Shown: positions 36,367 through 48,541 of the stretch, piece by piece | Layout of the letters: every line of letters begins with the position of its first letter | How positions within the stretch are numbered: the stretch's first letter is position 1 | Source of the DNA: Cycas panzhihuaensis | Taxonomy: Eukaryota; Plantae; Cycadophyta | Reading direction: 5' to 3' | Length of the DNA stretch: 64,000 nt | Assembly (NCBI GenBank): GCA_023213395.1 | Contig: CM041465.1 | Location: 213,101,741 to 213,165,740 of the forward strand | Translations under genes and position numbers: made by a program | The notes under the pieces: generated by a model | What the model saw: the letters and a program-made list of their open reading frames with translations, nothing else | What the model was told of the DNA's origin: nothing | Databases searched by the model: none

Positions 36367-38399
36367 TGTTGGAAAATAGACTTACAATAAGATATTAGCA
36401 AATAGAACAAATGCACCACTAGGATCAAATGGTACCCTTAAGGTACCTCCATTATATTAACAAAATATCATTACCACCAATACAATATGACACACAATAT
36501 TATGTATTTATAATACATGTTAATCTAGAGAGAGTGGGACCCACTTGCATGTGGGACAAATAAATGTGCATTAATATTCCAACACTCCCCCTTAATGCAC
36601 ATTTGGGTCATTTGTATTTGCAATGCTTTATCCTTGGAAATGTCTTGAAAATGATGTCTTCAACTTGATCATTGTCTTCAATCTTGTAGTGATGTCTTTG
36701 ATGTAGAATGATGTCTTCATCTTGATTTTTATCTTCAATTCTATATTTATGCCTTTTTAGATTGATGTCCTCAGCTTGATTTCCATCTTCTATCCTATAG
36801 TGATGATGTTGATGTAGCAGCTCTAGCAAGTGCAAATCATTATTCTTCATTGTGCTTGGTCTAGTTTGATTTTGATGTAGATCCTGTAAATAACCATCTT
36901 CAATCACAACTTGCTTATCATCATTATCCTATATAAACTCTTGATCACCATGTACAATAGTGATTTCTTTAACCGTTGGAGCAGAATCTTGATCAACTTG
37001 CCTACTCTTTGAAATTGAATCAATGCTCAAAGTAGGAGCATCATTTAGACTTGAATCAATACAAGACTCATCTTTTATGGGATCATCAGATTCACATTCA
37101 ATTTCTCTTGAAATCATGGTGTCATTTATATAAACCTTTATCAACTGATCACTTTCAATGCATTCAACAATTGTTTCTTTATATTCAGTAGAAATTTTAT
37201 CAGTAGTCATACCTTCTTCATATTGACATGCTATTTCATCAGTGTTGATGATATTTTCTTCATTCATTATACCTATACCATAACCATAACTGGCCTTAAT
37301 TACTTTTTCAATCATTCATTGTATCTCTTCAAGAGTTTGTTCAAATACTACACTTAGAAAATCCCAAGCTTCATTAGTTGTACTTGCATATAGAATCATA
37401 GGAATGACAAAATGGTATTTGAAAGGAAGATCAACCTCATTGAATGTAGTACGAATCATAATGAATGCCTTTCTATCTTTCTTCTCAAGCATTTCTTTTC
37501 CTTCTTCATCCTTAGGGATATCATATCCATCAGTGACAAGCTTCCACAAACCTCTAGCTATGAAAAGACATCTCATTTTAATTGTCTAAAAGAAGTAGTC
37601 TTCACCATTACACTTAGGTATTGGAAGAAATGAATCCCTTAAGTAGTATTCATTTGTTTCATGAGCATATATAACCACATCATTATCCTCCATGATTGTA
37701 AATGCCATCTCCAAATACCACATCTCCTTTTTAATCAACTAACTCACCCATTAATCAATCTCATCAAACTTTCTCATGTCTCATGTTCCTTACATCATTG
37801 ATCACATCATTACCTTCTCATGTGAATGTAAGCTAGGAGGAATATCATTGTCGCATCACCAACAACGAATCACAAACCTTAATATTTTGATCATATTTTT
37901 ACTTCACGGCTCAGTAAATAGCTTTAGGTAGATTATAAATTCTCCTGAGAGGATTTCATCCTAGTAATTAATTCTCTAATAACTTCTAACAGACACCAAG
38001 GGCTGTAAATAAATATTCCAATGGTGTCTATATTCTCTATACAATTGCAACTTCAAGGATCTAACACCAATGGCTCTATGAAGCCACCTCCTTACACGCT
38101 AATAGAATTAGGGTTTCATTAATCAACATCTTACTCAACACCTCGCTCAACATGGATGCTCTGATAACATGTTAGAAAATAAACCTAGAATAAGATATTG
38201 GCAAATAGAACAAACATACCTCCAGGATTGAATGGTACCCTTAAGGTACCTCCATTATATTAATAAAACATCATTACAACATCATTACCACCGATACACT
38301 ATGATACATAATATTATGTATTTATAATATATGTTAATATAGAGAGAGTGGGATCTGCTTGCATGCGGGACAAAATAAATATGCATTAATATTCCAACG
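36367..38399 (-). mobile_element. 2.0-kb gag-only LTR retrotransposon D (TR-GAG)
   Basis: LTRs 36367-36584 and 38170-38399 (~88%), TSD gaagc/gaggc, PBS rc gctctgataaca, PPT aagggggag (rc 36585-36593), no pol. Confidence 0.92.
36594..37708 (-). pseudogene. gag: Copia-type gag N-terminus, acidic linker and ~57-bp tandem repeats (36650-36820) of element D
   Basis: PIPKCNGEDYFF*TIKMRCLFIARGLWKLVTDGY..KKDRKAFIMI..ASTTNEAWDFL. Confidence 0.82.
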
Positions 38400-39879
38400 G
38401 AGGCAAGGGCATGAAGTCTATAAAACCTAAGGCTAGAGAGGATGACATGCAACTAGTGAGTTGTGACTCCATTCTAGGGGATGTAGCCTTGGTTTAACAA
38501 TATGGCTAATGCAAAGGAGGTTGGATCTCAGAGTCCTCTGGCTCCCCATTGCCTAATGGTAGAGGAGATATTATTAGAGGAGGTAGAGATGGAGGAGATG
38601 ATCAAAGGATTAAGGGACCTCCTAAAGGTTACATAGATGATGGAGTGACACCTCAAGGATAACTTGCAAGAGGAGGGATTAGCATATGAAGTGGAGTTAC
38701 TACAAAAGCAGTTGAGGTATTATAGAAGCTTGGTGAGATGATTAGACTAGAAGCAGATGAGAGAACACCATAAGGAGGTGTCATTAAAGGAGGAGATGGT
38801 ATGTATTTTTAATTATTCATGATTGCAAAGTTTTTATTTATTTACTTATTTCAAATTTGGATGACTCATAGATCTATAGATAACTAACATTTTTATTCAT
38901 AATTGGTATGATAAGAGGCACCAAGATGGATGGAGTATTTCTAAGGCACATATTAGATGGGATCCTTTCCTTTGTACATGGACCTAACAAGCCTCTAATT
39001 TGGCAAGATGGTAATCCCAAGTCCTTAGGATCACATACTTAGCACTTTGAACCTATTATCAAAGTGTATGACATGTATTAAGAGTTGGAGTCATGGATGG
39101 TAGTGCAAGAGGTAGAATTACAGGGTTAGTTGGCTATTAGAGAAGTGAAACTAATGGGCCTTGAGGCATAACTAAAGGTTATGAATGATGAGAGATGTCA
39201 CCTTCAATGGATGGTAGTCCTTTAGGTAGGTGGATAGGCCACTTCCTCAACCAACCATAGTATTCATCAAGCATGGATGATCACTCATAGGGGAGAGGGA
39301 TCATGTACCCATATTAATTAGATGGAGGGTAGATAAGGTAGCTGTCAATAACCACATAACCCATGTTAGTATTATGGATGGAATGGAGTTTTGGGATAGT
39401 GATATGAGTCCACTCCATGGGTATAGGGTAGAGAGGATTAATGGCTTATTAATGAGACTGATATATCCTACCTATAGAAGTGACAAGACCATGCCATATT
39501 TTTTATCATTGTACTATATACTTTATATTATTATAACATGTATACATAATTCATGATATTATTTCACCATGGATATGAATGTTATTATTACATTTATTGT
39601 CTCAAGACTTGATCTACCCTCTTAGTATTCCTTTGATAGTTAGTCTCTTAGGCCATGTATGAGTTAGGCTTTTACAACTATATATAAGTAAATTAATGTT
39701 TTTAGAATTTTATTAATATTTCTTTCTTTTTTATGAAATATACATTGATTTAGATTCATCATAGAGTGTATACCCATTACTAGAATGTGATAGGAACTAC
39801 CATAGTTTTGAATTTTTAGTAGATATTCATTATAGGGTGATTAATGCCCCTAGCTTAGGGCATTAGGGCTATAAGCAAT

Positions 39880-40273
39880 GGTATATGAGGACATGGGAAA
39901 TAAGTGAGTCAACTTCAAAATTTTGGCTACATGGGATGTGTTAAATGGTAGCAAATATAAATTATATCATTAGAAGCTTGGTAGTGTTTAATAGGTTACA
40001 CAAGTATCCTAAGTAAGCTTAATAGATATGAGTAAGTTACAAGACCGTAATTTGAGAGTATGAGAAAAGATTGATTAGTTCATCATGAAATTGAAGAATG
40101 TTACTAAATGCTCCTATGATAGTTAAATATTCTATTATGTTATTTGTTGTTAGAGGTAGGAAAAACCCATCACCATTAATGATATTACCCCTTTAGTTAA
40201 AAATAACCCATGTTGTAAAGAAGGTCCCAAGATTCCCTCAATTTCCACCATCAATATAAATGTTAATTACCAT
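39880..40273 (-). pseudogene. archaeal-type RNase H (aRH / RNase HI-like) downstream of integrase
   Basis: MVINIYIDGGN*GNLG..TWVIFN*RGNIINGDGFFLPLTTNNIIEYLTIIGAF...INLFSYSQITVL*L...HIPCSQNFEVDSLI corresponds to DG..GNPG, TNN.AEY, DSQL and HIPR..N..AD.L. Confidence 0.85.
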
Positions 40274-41629
40274 ATAAGATAAATCCAAAAACTCAAGAAC
40301 AAGTTGACGAATAGGGGGAGCATGCAAGAATCACCTATAGAGGGTGTGATTTAGACTAAATTTCTTGACTTCAACTATACAATTATGAAAAGAAATAGCC
40401 CCCATGGTTTGGTTTTACCACTATAACTATACATTCCAAAACTAGAATTTATAACCTCCTATGTTTCAAGCAATTTTCAATCATAATTGAGGTCACAATG
40501 GGATTAAACAACTAGATTCAAAGTACTTGAATGATGTGTATAATTGGATTTGAACTATGTGTTCACAGATGGGGGTGAAGTTAACACACAACTTACCCCA
40601 AATACCAAGAAGGTGCAAATGTGTGTGTGTGTGTGTGTGTATACAAAAGTCCTTTTGTTTTTTTTTTTTTCTTCTTTTTTTTTTTAAGGGAGGGCATCAC
40701 TCCATATAATAGTTCAAATAAGGGTCATGGTAACTATTGCATTACAAAACCCATTTTATGGATGACACACCCAATTTGCTCTGATGCCTACATGAGAGGA
40801 TAAACTGACTATGATCATCATGTAATTTTCATTAGGGTATAATGGGTGGTGATGATGGATGGCTTTGGAAAGTATAGTTGTGACTAGTTAAACCATGGGG
40901 TATTAAGACTAAGATGCTTTACCAAGAACCCATTGAAAGAAGTATGGGTGATAAATAGACTAAGTTGATACCCTCAAGAGTTGAACTATGGTTATTTACA
41001 AGAAATTTGATCAATGTATCTCTGATTATTAAAAGAGGGGGCATGCCTAATTAGCTACAAAAGAGAAAGAAGGGTGTACCCAAAGAGGCTTACTATGACA
41101 TTGAATAGATAGTGTGCCAAAAGAGAAAGAGACGAAGTGAAAGCTAATGGAAGTGTAACATAAAGTAGTCAACTTAAGAGCTCATAAATAACTAAATGTA
41201 GGTAAGGCTAATCATGAGATAACAGAGTGCTTATAATGATTTCATTACAAGAAAAGTCATCTATGGAGTGATTTAAGATTGGAGTGCTTATAATTATAAG
41301 AGCAATGAGGAGGTAACTATTAACTAGGCAAGTGGATTAAGATGAAGACGAGTAAGAATGATCATAGGAGTATTATAAGGAAATCTATCTTTATTATAAG
41401 TAGAAATATTTATTTGGGTAGGATGTAGTGCCAAATGACAAAGTTATTACTTAGATCCGTAAATGAAAACCATCATATTAGACTGAGCTTAGGGAGGGTA
41501 AGACCTTGGGAAGTTCAAGACTATAAACAATGCTAAAAAAGGGCTAAAAGACAAACTTATTTTTGTTGTTTTATGAATTAATTACTTTATTTTATATTTT
41601 CTAAAAAATGATATATAGATATATATGCA

Positions 41630-41710
41630 TGTATGTGTGTGTGTGTGTGTGTGCACGCGCATGTGTGTGTGTGTGCACGCGCATGTGTGTGTGTGTGCAC
41701 GCGTGTGTGT
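41630..41710. repeat. (TG)n microsatellite with repeated gcacgcgcat interruptions
   Basis: Read directly; a shorter (TG)n plus T-run lies at 40619-40685. Confidence 0.9.
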
Positions 41711-41875
41711 AGTTTATACTTGGTTTCAAAGTGAAGAGACCCATGTCCTATATAAGGGTAAGTAGGTGTGGTGTACCTTAAGCACTGAACTAAAGGGGAT
41801 AAGGTCATGGTTTAAGCATGCTTACAGAGTCTATGTAGTGTACCCTCATTTTAGACCAACACTTGGCTTGTCTAT

Positions 41876-44800
41876 GTGTAATACTTCATGAGATATGGAG
41901 AGTTAATAACCTTTTAAAATTTGAGGCCCTTAAGAGTGTCTAGGCAGTAAGCTCCATTATTAAGGTCTTTGATCACTAAGTAGCGAACCATCCACTTGGG
42001 GTCAAACTTTCTTTATTTGTCATGCAAGTATTCCAACTTGAGCACTTTATCTCTTATATAGAATTTCCTTACCCTCAAATATCTATTGTGAGATGCTTGA
42101 TCTTAAGTCTTAGAGGCTAGGTCTTTTGATAGGCTTTGAGATGAGTCTCATTATTTTCTTAAGTTTCAATAGTCTCACTTGTCTTAGTCATTCCTCATTA
42201 GTGAAGTGCTTAAGTGACACTTGTAGTGAAGGAATCTCAACTTCTAATGGAAGGATAGATTTGATACCATAGACTAAGGAAAAAGTAGCCACCCTTATCA
42301 CAGTTTGTATAGAAGTGTAGTAGGCCCATATGGCAAGAAAGAGTTAGGTATGCAATTCTCGATGAAAAGTAGATATATTTTGGCTAGAATTTTAGCGAGT
42401 GTTTTATTGAAGACTTTAATTTGACCATTCACTTGTGGGTGGTATGGGGATGGTATCCTATGAATGGTTTGGAACTCTTCGCATAACTCATCTCTATGAG
42501 AATTATAAAATGGAGTTTTTTTATATATGATAATAGCATCAGGAACTCTAAACTTACAAATAATGTGGTAAAAGATGAAGATAGCAATCACCTTTCTAGT
42601 TGTAATGTTCAATAGAATCACTTCATTCCACTTCGTAAAATACTCAATGGTAGTTAGGAAAAATTTATGACTGGTAAAACATAGAGGGTAAATTTACCCA
42701 ATGAGGTTAAAACCCCATTGAGAAAAAAGCTAAGGAGAGAGGATGACTCTTAGTAAGGTAGTTGGTTGATGGACCAAGGGAGTGTACACTTGGTACTTCT
42801 CACACTTATATACATAAAAATGCACATCCTTAAATAGGTGGTCTAGTAATACCACATCCATAGTATGCATAGGGTAGTAGATTGGCTATGACAAATACCA
42901 TTATTGCATTTGGTTAAGGTAGTTTGAGCTTATATAAGGGAAAGACACCATAGTAAGACCCCATCAATGAATCACTTATACAAAACTTCATCAAAGAGGA
43001 GATATTGGCATGAAACTACCCTAACTTATCTCCTATTTTTGGAAGTGGCATCTAAAATATACATTTAGTATTTAAGTAGGTTTATGTATCTTTGTACTAA
43101 TCTAATTCATTAGGGACAATGTCAACTTGAAAAATGTGCACATATGAGAGGGTGTCATTGATAACGATATGATTGCTATTAAGAAGTGATGATGAAACAA
43201 GTTATTTAATGGCCACCATCTCCTTCTTTGACTTGCAATTAAACATTTGCAAGTCAAATTTTTACAATAATAGGCCCACTTAAATAGTTACCTAGTAAGA
43301 TTAGCTTTGGTGAGTAGAACGAAGATTAGGTCTAATGGAGCAATGACAAGGGTAGTGTTGCCTAATACATAGGGGCATAGTTTTTTAATTATAAAAACTA
43401 GGCATAAATATTCTTTTTTGGATAAATATAATTTAGTTCTATGACTACTAAAGTCCAACTAATAAAATGGATGACTCACTTACATCTAAACTCATCTTCT
43501 TAAGTTAGCATGGCTTCAAGACACTCTTTAGTGGAAGAGGTGTATAGAATAAAGGGTTCATTAAAGCATAGAGGGGTAAATATAGGGATTGAGATTAGTA
43601 CTTGTTTAATATTATCAAAGGATTCTTCTATTACCAAAGTCCATTCAATAGAGTTTCCCTTTCTAAGGAGGTTGGTAAGGTGCTTAACAATAAGAGAAAA
43701 GTTAGCAAGAAATTGATGCAAGAATCCAAGCCTTTCAAGGAAAGATTTGACTTATTTTTTATTATGAGATAAAGGCATTTCAATAGTAATTATGACCTTA
43801 TCAGGGCCAACCTTGATATCACCTCTAGATATAATATTTCTAAGTATCTTTCTAGAGGTGAACATAAAAATATACTTGTTTGGATTTAAACAAAGCTGAT
43901 ACTTTTGACAATATTCAAAAATGGTTCTTAGGTCATAAATGCAATCCTCTTAACAATGTGATAATCCCAACATATCATCAAGGTAGACTGTGATAGTAAT
44001 TCCTAACAAGTTATAAAAGATAAAAACCAAAGCCTATTGGTAAGTAGCTCCAATGTTCATAAGGCCAAATGACATGAATTTATAAGTAAACATTCCCCAT
44101 GGATTGGTAAAAGTTATTTTATGGTGGTCTTTAGGAGATATAAAAATCTAGTTGTAAAGAAAGAAGCCATCCACAAAGGACATTATTTTTAATCCAATTA
44201 TTTAGTCCTAAATTTGATCAATAAAGGGTAAAGGTAAGTTGTCCTTTAGGTAACAATCATTAACATCATAAAAGAAATGTAAATATAAATGGATCTAATT
44301 TTCTTTGTGATAGGAACATTATTATAAACCCATTGGGAATAGTCTATTATCTCAATGAAACCAACTTTCAAGACTTTTTTAATTGTTTACTTGTTGGTTG
44401 TAGAAAGTCAAGGAAGAATAGTCCTCTATTTTTTATGCTTAGGTTTGGCCCTAGGGATAGTGATAATATTTTAAACTACCATATCAAGGTGCACGCCTTT
44501 CATATCATTGTAGTCCCATGTAAATATAGAAGAGAACTTAATAAAGAGATCCTTCAATTATTGAATCTCAAAGGAAGAACAACCAACTCCTACCTTAATC
44601 ATCCTAGGTTACTCATCAATCCTAAGGTTAACATCAATAATGTCTTCCATGAGCATAGTATTTCCCTCATTAAAGTGAGACAGGGTTGGGTCAAGTGGTA
44701 TGGTAGAAGTGGGTATATTTTGACCTTGATTTATTAAAGGTGACTTAGGTTAAATATATTTAGAGAAACTAAGCTTATTATGATTAAGTATAAGATTTAG

Positions 44801-47800
44801 TGAAACTCATGCCAAATGTTCAAGAATAGCTTCATCATTCTCAAAATGGTCAAGGTGAAATATGTCCTTAAGCAATAAGCTCCCTTCGTTAGGAGGATGA
44901 AGAAAAGGTTGGTCAAAGGTAGTTAACTCATGTGATAAGAGTAAGGAGGTATAAGGAATGACTCAATAAATATAGTGGTCTCTTGTAAAGGGTCATCTAA
45001 ATAGAGAGGCTCTAGTCAAGTTAAGCAAGTAAATCAAATTGAGACCTTGCATCCAATTGGGATGTGGCATAAGTGGGGGAGTCCATAGGCAAGGAAGAAA
45101 TTCCAATTGATCCAACATGATTAATAGAAAGATTATTATGTATGAAAATAGTAGTAATCATGTGAAATTTTATTTCTTATTAATTATAATAGAGAAGTGA
45201 TTCCATATAAAAATATTGTCAAAACCCTAAAAGGATAAATTAAGTAGAAGAATATACTTCTTCTTGGATGATTTTCACCAAAGGGATAGACTTTTAAATA
45301 AGTTTATTCTTGCACATAATGACTTCAATCTTACCCTCATGAATAAACTTTAGCTTACTAAAGATTGAAGAATAAACCATTGACATTTGGTGATCCATGG
45401 TTGATTGAGTATAATGTTGAATTTAAGGTCAAATTCAATGATAATGACCTCATCCCTAATAATCTTACCTACTAAAGTAAATGGAAGGGTAACTCAACCA
45501 ATTAGGGTTTTTTGGTTTATATTATAATCTTAACAAACCCAATCAATTGCTTACAAGCTAATATTTTTAGGTCTTTTAAATGGGGTGTAGGTATAACATT
45601 AATTAAAGAACCTTCATCCATAATACATATTTTGATCTTAGTGTCTTCTTTTATAATCTCAACAGAAAAATGGGTTCTTTCATTATGATTTCTTTCTTGT
45701 TCACTAGGCAATATGATGGGATCAAAGGCTAAATTAGATTTGTTAGGTGAACTATACATTAGCACTCTAAGAGCATCAATGAGGAGTTGTCTTTGATCAA
45801 GGCAACTCTTAAGAAGGTCCATAACCAAGAACCCAACTAGAATGGTTTTTAATTCCTCAATGAGTGGAAAAGAACCCTCTTTAGTTTATTATAAGATAGA
45901 TCTAAAATGAATGGGTCTAATTGGTAACTATGAAAGGATATTGGATGAATTATCCTTAGTTAAAAGGTTTTTAATGATAGATTTAGATGATGAAGGAGCC
46001 CTAAGGGCTTCCATCATGTTAATGGTCTTCTTAAATTCTCCTTCTCTTGGTTGAGGTTTACTTGAAGTGTTAGCATTTTTAAGGTCATGTTTGGGAGGAG
46101 AAGGTATTTTACTTATGGGACCAATATTTGACTCAGTGTTATTATTAGCATCTTGAGGCTTGGCCTTCTCCTTTACTTTATGACTTTCCTAATATAAATA
46201 AGCAATGGGTCTTTATAAATAAACTAGTCTCACTTAGGTTGAGATGTAGGCTTGTCATTGATCTAACTATAATGAAGCATGGCCTTAGGTTTATTATAAT
46301 CCTCACAATCATGTGTATTAGTTAGATGGTAGGAGAACCATGGTGCTTTCTTAGAAGTAGGCATGTTTGGGGTTTGGCCCCTTCTTTTTCTCAACAAATT
46401 GAATAACTCTTACTTCCTTCCTAATTTTAGGAGTAAGAGGTGAGTCAACATGTAATTTAGTGTTGATTGGCCTTTCAAAGGCTCAAATAATAGAAGTAAG
46501 ATAATCATATATATGATTGCTCAGAGAGGATTTTGACTCCAAATAAGGACTAGGTTTGTCCTTAGAGATAATGGGTTTAGTTAACTTTTTAACCCATGAC
46601 TAAATTTCAAAGGCCTCAAAAGCAAGGCATTTCTTAATCATATCCTTATAAGAAATCAGTCCCAACTTGAGAACCTCAATATGAACTTGAGATCTCAAGG
46701 AATTAGTGAACATGTCACAAAATATATCATTGTCTAAGGGGGCTTGAGAAGAGTGGACTAAATATTAAAAGTAATGAACAAAGTCATAAGAAGACTCCTT
46801 CACTCCTTATATGATAAAGAGCAAGGCTTTAGTCCCAATTTTAAAAGGGCAAATAATATTGAAGTAGCTTATCAGCATGTCAATTAATTATTAAAAGGAA
46901 TAGATAGATGTTGACTTTAACCTATAGAAACACTTCAAATCATTACATTATAGGGTCTTGGGAAAGAGTTGCATCATCACATAGTCATAAGGCAAGAAGT
47001 CATTACATGTAAGCATAAAAGCTTGCACATGGGTTATTAGGTCTTAAGAGTTGACTTGCCTATAAACTCAAGTAATTTGTATATAAAGGGAGGCAGTGGA
47101 GAAAGAAAGACCTCTTATGGGAAGGGCCTTCTTCTATAATTCACATATGACCTTCTTTCCTTAAAGGTTAAGGATGGTTAAGGAGTTGTTTAGGTAAGTG
47201 CAAGATATTAGGGCACCCTAACATAAGTAGGATATATAGGATCAAAAGGATAAGGATGAGATCCTATAAGTGTAGAGTAAGATCTAATGGGAATGTGGGA
47301 AATAAATGCCCCATCTATAAGAGAGCCCCTTGGGTATTGAGATGCATGAGAGCATATGACCTATAATCAAAAGGTTGTCCTAAGTATCGTTGTTAATTAA
47401 ATATAGGTGCTAGATTATAAGAAGAAGAAAGATCATTCCATGGTTGAGTGGGATGTACTTGTGGGACTTATTGACTCATACTTGATATATAAGGAGGTCT
47501 TCTAGGATTAACTAGTCTTAAATGAAGTGACCTTGTAGGATAAGCATATGTAGATGATTAAGGATTAAGAAAATAAATGGAAGGTCCCTATGTTTGAATA
47601 ACCTATGTAAAAGTTTTACCATGTGAATGTTGACTACCTCTAACAAGTGGGTGAATATCTCCAAGTGATGGAGGATAGGTAGGTTGATGTGAGAAAAAAA
47701 CATTGAGCCTACCATGACAAGTAGGGAGAATAAATCTCCCTTAGGGCTTAACTAAGAGGTCTCTAATAGAGGCATAAATTACCAAGCCAAGGAGGATCTA

Positions 47801-48240
47801 GCCTAAAGATCCTGAGCATCATCACTAGCGTTAATACCCAATAAGGAGGATTTAAAGGGAGGTATATGGTCCCATCAAGCATGGTACAAGCTAAGCTGAT
47901 AAGACCTAGGGCATACTCAATCATGGGATAGGCTGATAAGACCTAGGGCATGCTCAAAGGAATGTGTAATAGGAGGAGGAGGAAGTGCCATAAATGCTCT
48001 ATACCTTTATCATGATTGGTGGGCCCTAATTAATCCTTATAATAACTATGTAAAGGCGTGTGGGTTCCTTCCAAGGGTGTATTCTCAGGTGGGCTAAATA
48101 CTTCTCTTATAAGACCCTTGTATAAGAGTGGTTCTTCCTCATACTCAAATAGATTAGTAGTGTTAAGAGGCATATTTAGAGTGTTAATATTAATGATCAA
48201 AGTTTTGGATCCTTTACAAAAAGCAAGAGTAGCATCTTGA
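41876..48240 (-). pseudogene. heavily decayed Tat gag-pol (gag ~47.1-46.6 kb, PR ~45.6 kb, RT 44.5-43.75 kb, RH 43.7-43.3 kb, INT 43.0-41.9 kb); 5' limit approximate
   Basis: THVQAFMLTC..MMQLFPKTL; ICIMDEGSLINVIP; MSFGLMNIGATYQ; VYLDDMLG; FLANFSLIVKHLTNLLRKG; HRIPSPYHPQVNGQIKVFNK; KFDPKWMVRY. Confidence 0.85.
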
Positions 48241-48541
48241 AAAGGGGATGATAGGACTCTCTAGGGAAAGGCCTTAAATTCTCCTAAATTGCCTAGGGTA
48301 AGTAAGAAAGAGATCCATAGATAATAAAGAATATGAAATATGAAGAGAATGAGTGAATAACATTCATATAAATAAGGGAATGGAGTGTGGTGGATGAAGG
48401 TGTTTTTCTTTGAATAGTAAGAGAAAAGTAAATAAGATAAGATAAGTAGGTGAACACCTCATAAAAGATTCAAGTGATAAGGAGATATAATCAAGTAACT
48501 ATGAAGCTTTAGAAAGGTCCCTAGTATGGTCACCAAAATCA

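Larger units (their letters stand above)
35650..38800 (+). pseudogene. possible antisense accessory ORF remnant in the Tat 3' region, split by element D
   Basis: LVNYSVLRENLF*F and GLDDLWICVHEVGRILGV resemble plant-mobile-domain type N-termini, and a Glu-rich coiled-coil-like tail lies at 38560-38740. Very degenerate. Confidence 0.3.
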
